Assembly: GCA_965112735.1 (NCBI GenBank)
Contig: OZ218959.1
Location: forward strand, 186,001 to 250,000
DNA from: Phaeosaccion multiseriatum
Taxonomy: Eukaryota > Protista > Ochrophyta, other classes
Length of the DNA: 64,000 nucleotides
Direction of reading: 5' to 3'
This document shows positions 1 to 12,100 of the stretch, one piece after another; the stretch's first letter is position 1; the number at the start of each line of letters is the position of its first letter. The translations under genes were made by a program, and so were the position numbers. The notes beneath the pieces are model-generated. The model was not told where the DNA came from, ran no database searches, and saw nothing but the letters and a program-made list of their open reading frames with translations.

Positions 1-12
1 TGTGTGTGTGTG

Positions 13-44
<32 letters not shown>

Positions 45-184
45 TTGCGTGTGCGTCTATCAGCGCCGATATGCCTCCATCCATCCCTATTGCCCGCAGC
101 CCCCCTCCTCTTTTCAGGCTGGCACTGCTCGACACTGACACCAGGCACTGCCCCCCCCATCTCCCCCTTCCCCTTCCCCTGCAG

Positions 185-3100
185 CTGGAGGCGGTGCTTC
201 CTGCCCGAGAGATGTCTGCAGCGCTTGCACAAACGCTGGAAGAGGCGCTGGCTCTTTCTGCCTCTACCCAGGGGGGGGCCATCCAGGGGCCCAATCAGAT
301 GCCCCATCAGATTCACCAGCAGCAGCCGCCCAATGCTGCTTGGCCTGCCCAAGAGGGAGAGGAGTCCTTGGCAGGAGGACCAGTTGGTGATACGGCAACA
401 GTACCTAGTGTCAGTTCCTGTCGGGCGCCTCTGCGAGTGCATGTGTCTTGGCTCAAGGCGGGGCACGACCTCAGTCTAGAGCGGCCCGCAGCAGTGCTCA
501 GCTTCCTCCACAGGGCTCTTGCAGCTGTAGCACCAACCGCTGTACCCAGAGGGGGAGAGACAGAGCTTGTCCAAGCGGAGGGGCGGCGGGCAGAGAGGGA
601 GGGTGGAGGTGGTGATGGTGATGGTGATGGTGAGGGTGATGGTGAGGGTGAGGATGAGGCTTCCGGGGGGAGAGGTGCTACGGACAGTGCCAGTGCTATG
701 GACAGTGCCAGTGCTATGGACAGTGCCAGTGCTGTGGATAGTGCCAGCGCTATGGACAGTGCCAGTGCTATGGGCAGTGTCAGTGCTATGGACAGTGCCA
801 GTGCTGTGGGCAGCCGCGAGGGGGGGGCTGCAAGGCGCGCAAATGATGGGCAGCAGCAGCAGCAACAGCAGCAGCAGGGCACCCGCCGAGAGCATCAACA
901 AGAAGGGCAAGAGCAACAAGGAGGGCAAGAGCAACAAGGAGGGCAAGGAGAAGTGCAAGAGGGCCAAGCGCTGACAGACGAGGAGCAAGGGGCAGGTATT
1001 GGCAGCAGCAGCAGCCGCAGCAGCAAGGGGAGGGGGTCTGTGGAGCCAGGCCGTAGGGCCGTCTGCGAGGAAGAAGGGGAGGAGCAGGAGGGGGAGGAGA
1101 AGAACGGGCAAGGAAGAGGGGGAGGAGGAGAAGGAGAAGAAGGAGATGGAGCACGGAGCGGAGGGCCGAATGAACAATCGCAGACCAAGGGCAGGGGTGT
1201 CAAGGGGGCCGGGGAGGATGCAGAGAGAGGGGAGAGAGGGGGGGGCGAAGCACTCGGCGAAAGAGCAGCATCATGAGTCCAGCGGTGATGAATGAGTTCC
1301 ACACGCTGCTGGAGAGGGTGAGTGGGAAGGACGTTGGGGACAGCAAGGATGCGGTGCGCAGGCAGAGCCGGCTATTGAGCGGCCAGGGAGGGGGGGGGGG
1401 AGGGGGGGAGGGAGAGGGGGAGGGAGGGGGGCACTCCTTCGCGGCCATGCAAGAACGGATGTTGGACCTGGATACACTGGGCTTGTGCAAGTACAGCTAC
1501 CAAGTCATCAAAGGTGAGGGGGTGAGGGAGCTCTAGTAAGTCATCAAGGGCGAGGGGGCGAGGTTCGGATAGCTCTACTAAGTCATTTAAAGGGGAGGGT
1601 TAGGTCAGAAGTCAGCAGAATAAGTCAAAAGTGCTCAAGCCATCCCTTGGGTAGCGCACTGCCCATACACCCACCGCTATCCACTGGCATCCACTGCCAT
1701 CCACTGCCATCTCTCCACCCACCCTTCTAACCCTGTGCGCTTTCTCTCTCTGTGGCCCATTTGCTGCTCCTAACACATCGAGCAACCCTTCACCCTTGAC
1801 CTTAACTCTAAACCCTTTGGGTTGGACAACCGCCCTAACGCTAACCCCTAGCGCCTGAACTTAACGAAATGTACCCTCAACGGGTAGAGCAAGCATTAAC
1901 ATAGAACTGCCCTCCCTAGCGTAGAGCAAGCATTAACGCAAAGCAACCCTCTCTAACATACACCACAACAACCCCCCTAACTTAACTTAACGTACCCTCC
2001 TAACGTAGAACAAACTTGACTCAGCTTCCCCCCCCAACGTACCCCTGACGTACTCCTAACGTACCCTTAACGTACCCTTAACGTACAGGCATGTGGCAGT
2101 GGCGATTGATGGCGGTGGAGGCCTCCAAAATGCTCACAGAGGCGCGCAAGAGGGAGGCAAGTTGGTGCTCTGCAGCGGAGGAAGACCATCTGTGACGTGT
2201 GACGTGGGACGTGTGATGCTTTGTCTCTTCGGCCTGTGTTTGCATGCCCCTCTCTGTGTTTGCGTCTGTCCCACCATCTCTCTGTCCCACCATCTCTCTG
2301 TCCCACCATCTCTCTGTCCCACCATCTCTCTGTCCCACCATCTCTCTGTCCCACCATCTCTCTGTCCCACCATCTCTCTGTCCCACCATCTCTCTGTCCC
2401 ACCATCTCTCTCTGTCCCACCATCTCTCTGTCCCACCATCTCTCTCTGTCCCACCATCTCTCTGTCCCACCATCTCTCTCTGTCCCACCATCTCTCTGTC
2501 CCACCATCTCTCTGTCCCACCATCTCTCTGTCCCACCATCTCTCTCTGTCCCACCATCTCTCTGTCCCACCATCTCTCTCTGTCCCACCATCTCTCTGTC
2601 CCACCATCTCTCTCTGTCCCACCATCTCTCTGTCCCACCATTTCTCTGTCCCACCATCTCTCTGTCCCACCATCTCTCTCTGTCCCACCATCTCTCTGTC
2701 CCACCATCTCTCTGTCCCACCATTTCTCTGTCCCACCATCTCTCTCTGTCCCACCATCTCTCTGTCCCACCATCTCTCTGTCCCACCATCTCTCTGTCCC
2801 ACCATCTCTCTGTCCCACCATCTCTCTGTCCCACCATCTCTCTGTCCCACCATCTCTCTGCCCCACCATCTCTCTCTGTCCCACCATCTCTCTGTCCCAC
2901 CATCTCTCTGTCCCACCATCTCTCTCTGTCCCACCATCTCTCTCTGTCCCACCATCTCTCTGTCCCACCATCTCTCTGTCCCACCATCTCTCTGTCCCAC
3001 CATCTCTCTGTCCCACCATCTCTCTGTCCCACCATCTCTCTGTCCCACCATCTCTCTCTGTCCCACCATCTCTCTGTCCCACCATCTCTCTCTGTCCCAC

Positions 3101-6100
3101 CATCTCTCTGTCCCACCATCTCTCTCTGTCCCACCATCTCTCTGTCCCACCATCTCTCTGTCCCACCATCTCTCTGTCCCACCATCTCTCTCTGTCCCAC
3201 CATCTCTCTGTCCCACCATCTCTCTCTGTCCCACCATCTCTCTGTCCCACCATCTCTCTGTCCCACCATCTCTCTGTCCCACCATCTCTCTGTCCCACCA
3301 TCTCTCTGTCCCACCATCTCTCTCTGTCCCACCATCTCTCTGTCCCACCATCTCTCTGTCCCACCATCTCTCTGTCCCACCATCTCTCTGTCCCACCATC
3401 TCTCTCTGTCCCACCATCTCTCTGTCCCACCATCTCTCTGTCCCACCATCTCTCTGTCCCACCATCTCTCTGTCCCACCATCTCTCTGTCCCACCATCTC
3501 TCTGTCCCACCATCTCTCTGTCCCACCATCTCTCTGTCCCACCATCTCTCTGTCCCACCATCTCTCTCTGTCCCACCATCTCTCTGTCCCACCATCTCTC
3601 TGTCCCACCATCTCTCTCTGTCCCACCATCTCTCTCTGTCCCACCATCTCTCTGTCCCACCATCTCTCTGTCCCACCATCTCTCTCTGTCCCACCATCTC
3701 TCTGTCCCACCATCTCTCTCTGTCCCACCATCTCTCTGTCCCACCATCTCTCTGTCCCACCATCTCTCTCTGTCCCACCATCTCTCTGTCCCACCATCTC
3801 TCTGTCCCACCATCTCTCTGTCCCACCATCTCTCTGTCCCACCATCTCTCCGTCCCACCATCTCTCTGTCCCACCATCTCTCTCTGTCCCACCATCTCTC
3901 TCTGTCCCACCATCTCTCTGTCCCACCATCTCTCTCTGTCCCACCATCTCTCTGTCCCACCATCTCTCTGTCCCACCATCTCTCCGTCCCACCATCTCTC
4001 CGTCCCACCATCTCTCTGTCCCACCATCTCTCTCTGTCCCACCATCTCTCTGTCCCACCATCTCTCTGTCCCACCATCTCTCTCTGTCCCACCATCTCTC
4101 TGTCCCACCATCTCTCTGTCCCACCATCTCTCTGTCCCACCATCTCTCTCTGTCCCACCATCTCTCTCTGTCCCACCATCTCTCTGTCCCACCATCTCTG
4201 TCCCACCATCTCTCTCTGTCCCACCATCTCTCTGTCCCACCATCTCTCTCTGTCCCACCATCTCTCTCTGTCCCACCATCTCTCTGTCCCACCATCTCTC
4301 TGTCCCACCATCTCTCTCTGTCCCACCATCTCTCTCTGTCCCACCATCTCTCTCTGCCTCGCACTCTCTCCCCACTCGGTTCTCTCCCTTCCTTAACCCC
4401 CCCCGGTCTCTGTCCTCCCTCTCTGTCCTGACGCTGTGTGTGTCACAGGACTACTTGAAGGACCAACTCTCTTCCGAGCGTCGCCAGTTGAGGTATATCA
4501 CGCGCACTCTAGAAAGGGCCGTTGGGAGAGTCAAGCAGCACGAGGAGGAGGAGGGGGAGCCTGCGGGAGATACTGCAGTTGGTGGTACAGCAGTTGGTGG
4601 TACAGCAGTTGGTGGTACAGCAGCCCAGCAGCAGCCGCAGGAGTTGGTGAGATCGCCACAGTTGGCGAAGCAGCAGGAGGAGGAGGAGCTACTCCGAGTG
4701 GAAGGGGAGAAGCGGCGGCGAGCGGCGCATGAAGGGGCTATGCTGCAGGTGCGGTAGCGGTCAGAGGAGTCTCAACCACTCACTCACTCACTCACTCACT
4801 CACTCACTCACTCACTCACTCACTCACTCACTCTACGTTCCACTCAACTCACCCTGCGAATCTCACTCACTCACCAACTCACTCATTCACTCCGAATGTC
4901 ACTCCCCGTATGCCCAACAGGTGAAGTATCTGTCCGAGGAGCTTGTGCGCGTCCAGCTGCGCATGCAGAGCCGCTTTGAGGGCGTGCGACACATGAGGGG
5001 CCTCTCCGCCGTGTACCTCGCCCGCAGAGATCGGCTCCTGGAGGTGAGGCAAGGAAGGAAAGAAGGAAGGAAGGAAGGAAGGAAGGAAGGAAAGAAGGAA
5101 AGAAGGAAAGAAGGAAAGAAGGAAGGAAGGAAGGAAGGAAAGAAGGAAGGAAGGAAGGAAGGAAGGAAGGAAGGAAAGAAGGAAGGAAGGAAGAAAGGAA
5201 GGAAGGAAGGAAGGAAGGAAGGAAGGAAGGAAGGAAGCAAGCAAGCAAGCAAGGAAGGAAGGAAGGAAGGAAGGAAGGAAGGAAGAATGAAGGAAGCAAC
5301 GAAGGAAGGAAGGCAGCAGATGACAGGCACTTCACCATGGGGCAAGACAAAAGTCCTTCTGACCATCGATTGCCATCCCCCCCCCCACCTGTCTGCTGCC
5401 ATCCCTCTGGTCCATTCATCTGCTGCCATGCCCCCACCCCCCCCGCAGGAGACGGAGCACCGCATCCACGACACGGAGGTGGTGGTGGGGCAGATTCAGT
5501 TCATTTACGATAGTCTTCGCAAGCACCTCACCCTCCTCGGCGTGCAAAGGTCCGTCTGCTGCCTGCCGTCCGTCTGCGACCTTCCATCCATCTGCTGCCT
5601 TCCGTCCATCTGCTGCCTTCCATCCGTCTGCTGCCTTCCATCCGTCTGCTGCCTTCCACCCATCTGCTGCCTTCCATCCATCTGCGACTTTCCATCCATC
5701 TGCTGCCTTCCATCCATCTGCTGCCTTCCACTCATCTGCTGCCTTCCATCCATCTGCTGCCTTCCACCCATCTGCTGCCTTCCACCCGTCTGCTGCCTTC
5801 CATCCATCTGCTGCCTTCCACTCATCTGCTGCCTTCCATCCATCTGCTGCCTTCCATCCGTCTCTTGCTCTTCTTACTCCGCCACTCTGCTGTCATCTGC
5901 TGCCATCCCCTTCAGACAAGTGTATATTCGTAACAAGCTGAAGCAGGAGCAGCTCACTGCCTACCTCCGCCACCGCCTTGCTGAGGTCAAGGCCGAGCTC
6001 AGCCGCATAGAGCCCCTCAAGGACGAGTGGGTTAACACCAGGTACTTGCTTGCTTGCTTGCCTTGGGTGTTTGGTTATTGGGGGGGGGGGGGGCGCAAGG

Positions 6101-9100
6101 GCCCGACAAGGCCCAAGCCAATGCAATGCATGACTCTCCTCCCCTGCCCTCCCCTGCCCTCCCCTGCCCTCCCCTGCCCTCCCCTGCCCTCCCCTGCCCT
6201 CCCCTGCCCTCCCCTGCCCTCCCCAGTGTGTGGCAGCCCGAGACTCTTCAGCGCGTGCGGACCGTTGACTTACGAGATCGGCTCACCACAGACCTTGGGA
6301 AGCTCAAAGCACGCATCGAGGACAAGCAGGGGGAGCTCAGCTTCGGGCAGGTGGGCGTTGTGTTGCAGTCATCAGTTGCCATCCATCCTTCCGTCTGCTG
6401 CCTTCCATACTTCCGGCTGCTACCTTCCTTCCTTCCCTGCTGCATGTCTGCCTGTCTGTCTGCCTGCCTGCCTATGTTCCTTCCTTCATTCCGTCTGCTG
6501 CGCACCTTCCTTCCTTCCTTCCTTCCTTGCTTGCTTCCGTCTGCCGCATTCCTTCCCTCCCTCCCCTCCGTCCACTAACCCCCCTTTGCCCCTGCGCCCC
6601 CGTCTCCCACCCGCCCCTGCCCCTCTTCTTCTTCTTCTTCTTCTTCTTCTTACGTTACAGTCCGTGCTTGAGGACGCGGACCGTAAGTGCGCTGCCGTGG
6701 TGCACTCCGCAGAGGCCATTGGACAGGTACTGCACTCACACTGACACTCAAACTGGCGCTCAAATGGAAACTGTAACACTCACACTGGCACTGAAACTGG
6801 CACATCTGAGACCGGCACTGGTACTGAATTCGATTCTCCTCTCGCTAACACACCTGCCCCGTGTGTGTGTGTGTGTGCGGTGTGTGTGTGCGTGTGCGTA
6901 TGTATGTACGTCTGTGTGTGTGTGCGTGGGTGGACGTGTGTGCGTGCGTCCTCACTAGGTACTGGCGGTGCTGCAGACGGCCTTTGACAAGAGCAAGGGA
7001 GTGGACATCGACAAAGAGGCTGACGCCCAGCTCAGGAGGGAAGAGGCAGCAGCCAAGGTAAGGAGAAGGGAGGGAGGGAGGGAGGGAGGGAGGGAGGGAG
7101 CGAGGGAGGGAGGGAGGGAGGGAGGGAGGGAGGGAGGGAGGGAGGGAGGGAGGGAGGGAGGGAGGGAGGGAGGGAGGGAGGGAGGGAGGGAGGGAGGGAG
7201 GGAGGGAGGGAGGGAGGGAGGGAGGGAGGGAGGGAGGGAGGGAGGGAGGGAGGGAGGGAGGGAGGGAGGGAGGGAGGGAGGGAGGGAGGGAGGGAGGGAG
7301 GGAGGGAGGGAGGGAGGGAGGGAGGGAGGGAGGGAGGGAGGGAGGGAGGGAGGGAGGGAGGGAGGGAGGGAGGGAGGGAGGGAGGGAGGGAGGGGGGGGG
7401 GGGGGATTGCGTCCAAAGGGTTCAGTTATCTCAGCTCGGTAAGCACTCATCTCCTCACTGCCATATGATGGCCACCACTGACTCACTGACATATGGTGGC
7501 CACCACTGACTCACTCGAACGCATCATCATCAGGCGCTCGATGTCCGGCTCCACGCCATGGGGGCCGACAAGAAGAAGCACAAGGCCAAGGCCGAGGAGG
7601 AGAGGAGGGAGGCGGAGGAGAGGGCCGGGGCAGGGGGCGTGAAGGCCCATCACGCCACGGCTGTGGACCCCCACACACAGCCAATCGACCACTCTAGGGC
7701 GGAGCAGATTCGCCTCAAGCCGCACGACGTTCGTAGTCAGGACGAGAAGAGATGGGTGGCGCTAGATGTGCAGGTGCGTGGGGGGGTGGTAATGGATGGC
7801 AGTGGATGGCAGTGGGTGGGACAATCTTTGACTGACTTTGGCCTCATCAGCATCACCCCACTAACTGCTCTCTCATTGACTTCCTGCCGCACCATTGACT
7901 TATGCCCGTTGCACCAGATCCACCCCAAACTGTACTGGCACGTGCGCAAAGACGAAGCGGAGGAGATGCGCTGGGACCCCTGCTACTACACAAATGTACG
8001 AAGCGTACGAAGCGCTATTAGCAACTCATTAGAAGCGAATTGAATCAACTAGGTGTCGATATCAGGTGTCCATTCGACACGAGCTGTCGATTCGACATGA
8101 GGTAGCGGCACCGCAAGGAGCAGGACAGCTGCAGCACACCTCACGCCCTCCCTCGGCAGTCCCCTGACGCCCCCCCCCCTCAATCCCCCCTCGTCTCCCC
8201 GTCCACTGCCATCCCCCCCCCCTGCCCGCAGCTCGACGGTGCGGCGATTCGGCGTCTGCTTAGGCTGCCATCAGCCATCCAACTGGCACTTCCCTTCCTT
8301 CACACACCGGAGGAGGTCAATGCGCACCGCCTACTTAATGACATGAGCAGAGAGAAGGGCGCAGACCACTTTAGGAGGATCGATAGGGCCTCGCAGAACA
8401 GCGCCTTGGTGCTGCAGGGTGAGTGGCTGGTTGGTTGGTTGGTTGGTTGGTTGGTTTGTTGGTTTGTTAGCTGGCTGGCTGGCTGACTGGCTGACTGACT
8501 GGCTGCATTTCTTCCATTCTTCCTTCCCTCCTCCCTCCTTCCCCCCTCTCTCCCTCCCTCCCTTCCTTGCTTCCTTCCTTTCTTCCTTCCTTCCTTTCTT
8601 TCTTTCTTCCTGTCTTCCGTCTTTCTTCCTCCCTTCCTCCCTTACTTCCATCCTTCCATCCTTCCCTCCCTCCCTCCCTTCCTTCCTTCCTTCCTTCCTC
8701 CCTCTCTTCTTCGTTCCTTCCTGCCTACCCCAATACCCCCTCCCCCCCCCCCGCTCCGTCATAGCAGCTGGACCCTCCCCCAGCACCGGCGGCACCGGCG
8801 GCGCACGAAGCAATGAGTCCGTCTTGTCTCTGCAGTCTCGACAGGGCGTGAGCGCCTCTGTGAGTCCCTCTGTCGCCGGCCACGACGATCATGGACACTC
8901 GCTGCAGGAGGTATGGAAGTGCGTGCGTGCGTGCGTGCGTGTGTACGTGTGCGTGCGTCCATCCAGCTCATCCGCGCCACTCTGAAGGAGGGAGGGCATC
9001 CGGGGATACGTGTGTGTGTCTTTTTCCTCTCTTTCCTCTTTCCCTCCCCCCCTCCTCTCCTTTCCTCCCCTTCCTCTCTTTCCCTCCCCCCCTCCTCTCC

Positions 9101-12100
9101 TCTCCTCTCTCCACCTCCCCTTCCCTCCCCCTCTTCCCCCTCCCCCCCCCCCCACCCCCTCCTCACCCCTCTCTCCTCCCCAAATCCTGCCTCCTTCTCC
9201 TTCCATGCCCCCCCCCCCCCCCGCGCCTTGGTCAGGCCATGACCCTGCTGGCCAAGTCCCTCTGCCCCGAAGCGGATGCCTCTCTTGTGGAGCATCTGCT
9301 TGAAGCCAACGCCTTGAGGCAGAGGGAGGGGTGCGCCGCGATGCTCAAGGCAGAGGGGGAGCGGGAGAGAGAGGAGGCCGTGTGGCAGGCCGTCGGACAG
9401 GTACGTACGTACGTACGTACGTGCGTACGTGCGTACGTGCGTACTTCTATCCGCCCTTATGCCTCTATCTCTATCTGTCTATCTGTCAATCTACCTGTCT
9501 ATGTGTTGCCTATGTGCCTGCCCACTTGTGTGCTTCTCTGCCTCTAATCTTCCCTCCCATATGCCTCTAATCTTCCTTCCCATATGCCTCTAATCTGCCC
9601 TCCCATATGCCTCTAATCTGCCCTCCCATATGCCTCTAATCTGCTCTCCCATGTGCCTCTACTTTTCTCCATACGTACCCGTTAGGTGCTGTACCCGGAC
9701 CTCTTCTCTCCTGTTGACTTACGAGCAGCACGGGTTTGTGCAGCGCAGCACAGGGACGAGGATAGAGAGACGGACTTGCTTCGACGGGGGGAGGGGCAAG
9801 GCTTCCACGAGTGGGTGAAGCACGAGGAGGAGGAGGGGCCCAGGAGAGCGCAGCTCAAGCAAATCATCGAGGAGGTGAGGCACGCGGGGGGGGGGGGGGG
9901 GAGGGAGGGAGGGAGGGAGGGAGGGAGGGAGGGAGGAGTGCCCAGGGGTTCCTCCCATCCATTCATTCTTTCGCGCATCGATATGTAAAGTCGAGCGCCG
10001 ATAAACAAAGTCAAGCCCCACGCGCCCTTCTCCTGTTGAGCTGAGCAGTACCGTACCACCATCTGCTCTACCGCCAACTGCTGTATCAAGTGCGTTTGTC
10101 CCTTCTCCTCCTCCTCTCCTTCTTCACCCTCCTCCCCATCCTCCTCGTGCCCCTTCTTCTCCCTCCCATCTTCCTCCTCCTCCTCCTCTCTCGCCAGATC
10201 CACCGCCGCTACGACGCCTCCTCCCTCCTCCGCTTCGCCCTGCAACTGCACGACGAGATCCTCGAGAGGGACATTCGCCAAGTGAGGGAGGACAAGCGGG
10301 CCAGGGAGGCTGAGATTAGGGCAGAGGAGGACCAAGAGGCGGAGGCGAGGAAGAGGAAGTTCCGCAGTCGAGGAGAGACCCTGAAGAGGCGGTGGGGGGA
10401 GGGGGGGAAGGAGGAGGAGCAGGAGGGGGAGGAGGAGGAGGAGGAGGAGGAGGAGGAGGAGGAGGAGGAGGAGGAGGAGGAGGAGGAGGAGGAGGAGGAG
10501 GAGGAGGAACTGGACGCTGTGGATACGCTGCTGCGGAGGGTGCTCCGTAGGTACTTTGTCAACACCTCACACACGGCACTGGGCCTGAGAATGATGGACA
10601 GCCTCCGGACCATGCAGGTGAGTAAGTCAGGGAGGAATTAGTAAGTCAGTGGGAGGCAGGTTGTATGTCAGTGGAAGGGAAGGGCGAGCTGTATGCTGCC
10701 ATCTATCCATCCATCCACTGCCTTCCGCTGGGGAGAGGAGCGGAGGGGCGGGGAGAGGAGAGCAGGTGCAATGGCGTTTCAGAACAGGCTTCCATATGCC
10801 TCCATAAGCCTCTTTTGCGTACCTCTTCGTATGCCTGCCCTGCGTGCCTTCATATGCCTCCATATGCCTCTTCTTGCGTGCCTTTTCCATATGCCTCCTC
10901 TGTATGCCTTCATATGCCTCCATATGCCTCTTCTTGTGTGCCTTTTCTATATGCCTCCTCTCCTCACTATGCCTTCATATGCCTCCATATGCCTCTTTTG
11001 CGTACCTCTTTATATGCGTCTCCTGCGTGCCTTCATATGCCTCCGTATGCCTCATCGCATGCCTCCTCTGTGTACCCATGTTCTCCCTCTCCGTTCCTCT
11101 CCGTTCCTCTCCATTCTTGTGCGCTACATGCGTGACATGGATAGAGTTCCATCCGAAGCATGTCCCAGCGGCGCGCCTTGGGCTTGTCTCTGAGGGACGA
11201 TGAGGACTGCCCCTGGACCAAGGGGCACAAGTCCAAGGCCAAATCACAGAGTGGAAACCAAAGCCAGCAGAGCCAGCAGAGCAGCAGTGAGAGCAGCATA
11301 CAGAGCAGTCGGAGCAGTCAGAGCAGTCAGAAGAGCGTACGCAAGAGCGACGGCAGCGGGGGAGAGCACACTGACATTCACAATGACACTCACACTGACA
11401 CTACTCAAACGGACACGGACACTGAGGAGGGAGGAGAAGGAGGAGGAGGTCTAGGCGAGGGAGGCGGGCAGCCACCACCGCAGCAGTTGGTGGTACGGCG
11501 ACCGCCTGAGGATCACGGGGCGCCGCGGTGAGTGAGTGGTAACACCAACTTCCATCTCTCTCCCTAAAGCCTCCTTCCTGCCTTGAGTGGTAGCGCCATG
11601 CTCCACCTACCTGTCAACCCATATGATGCCAGACGCCTCATTTCCTGCCTTCCCTTAAACCGGCCTGTGTGTGCGTGTGTATGTGCGTGTGTATGTGCGT
11701 GTGTGTGTGCGTGTGTGCCTGTGTGTGCGCGCGCGCGTGTGTGTGTTCCGTTGCCTCAGGCCCGTGTACGGACCCTTCTCTGCGGTGCACCCCGCCGCTC
11801 TGGGCCGCCTCAGCCAGCAGCAGCGCTTCATGCCCGTTTGCTCTTTCTCCATCCCCGGGAGGGCAAACAGCATCCCAGGGGGCCAAGGCTCGACGTCGGC
11901 CTTAGCTATACCCTCCGAGGCCTCGGCTCCGGAGGAGGAGGAGGAGGAGGAGGAGGAGGAGGGGGGGATGTCTTTGGCTGTCGGTTCTCAAGCTCCCCGA
12001 GGGGACACGCATGCTGCGGATGCTGCCTCTGTGGATGCTGCGCCTGCGGATGCTGCCTCTGTGGAGCTTGCCTCTGCCTCTGTGGAGCTTGCCTCTGCCT

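Noticed and set aside
2265-4355. CRISPR-like array
   Set aside because: There are no unique spacers, no cas genes, and the context is a eukaryotic intron.
2067-4757. Six ORFs of 736-837 aa
   Set aside because: They are translations of a stop-free intronic minisatellite; only 2089-2156 and 4449-4748 are exonic.
8967-9008. Possible micro-exon [14 protein letters not shown]
   Set aside because: Its apparent donor phase does not fit the next exon, while 8910 to 9236 splices in frame without it. An alternative isoform is not excluded.
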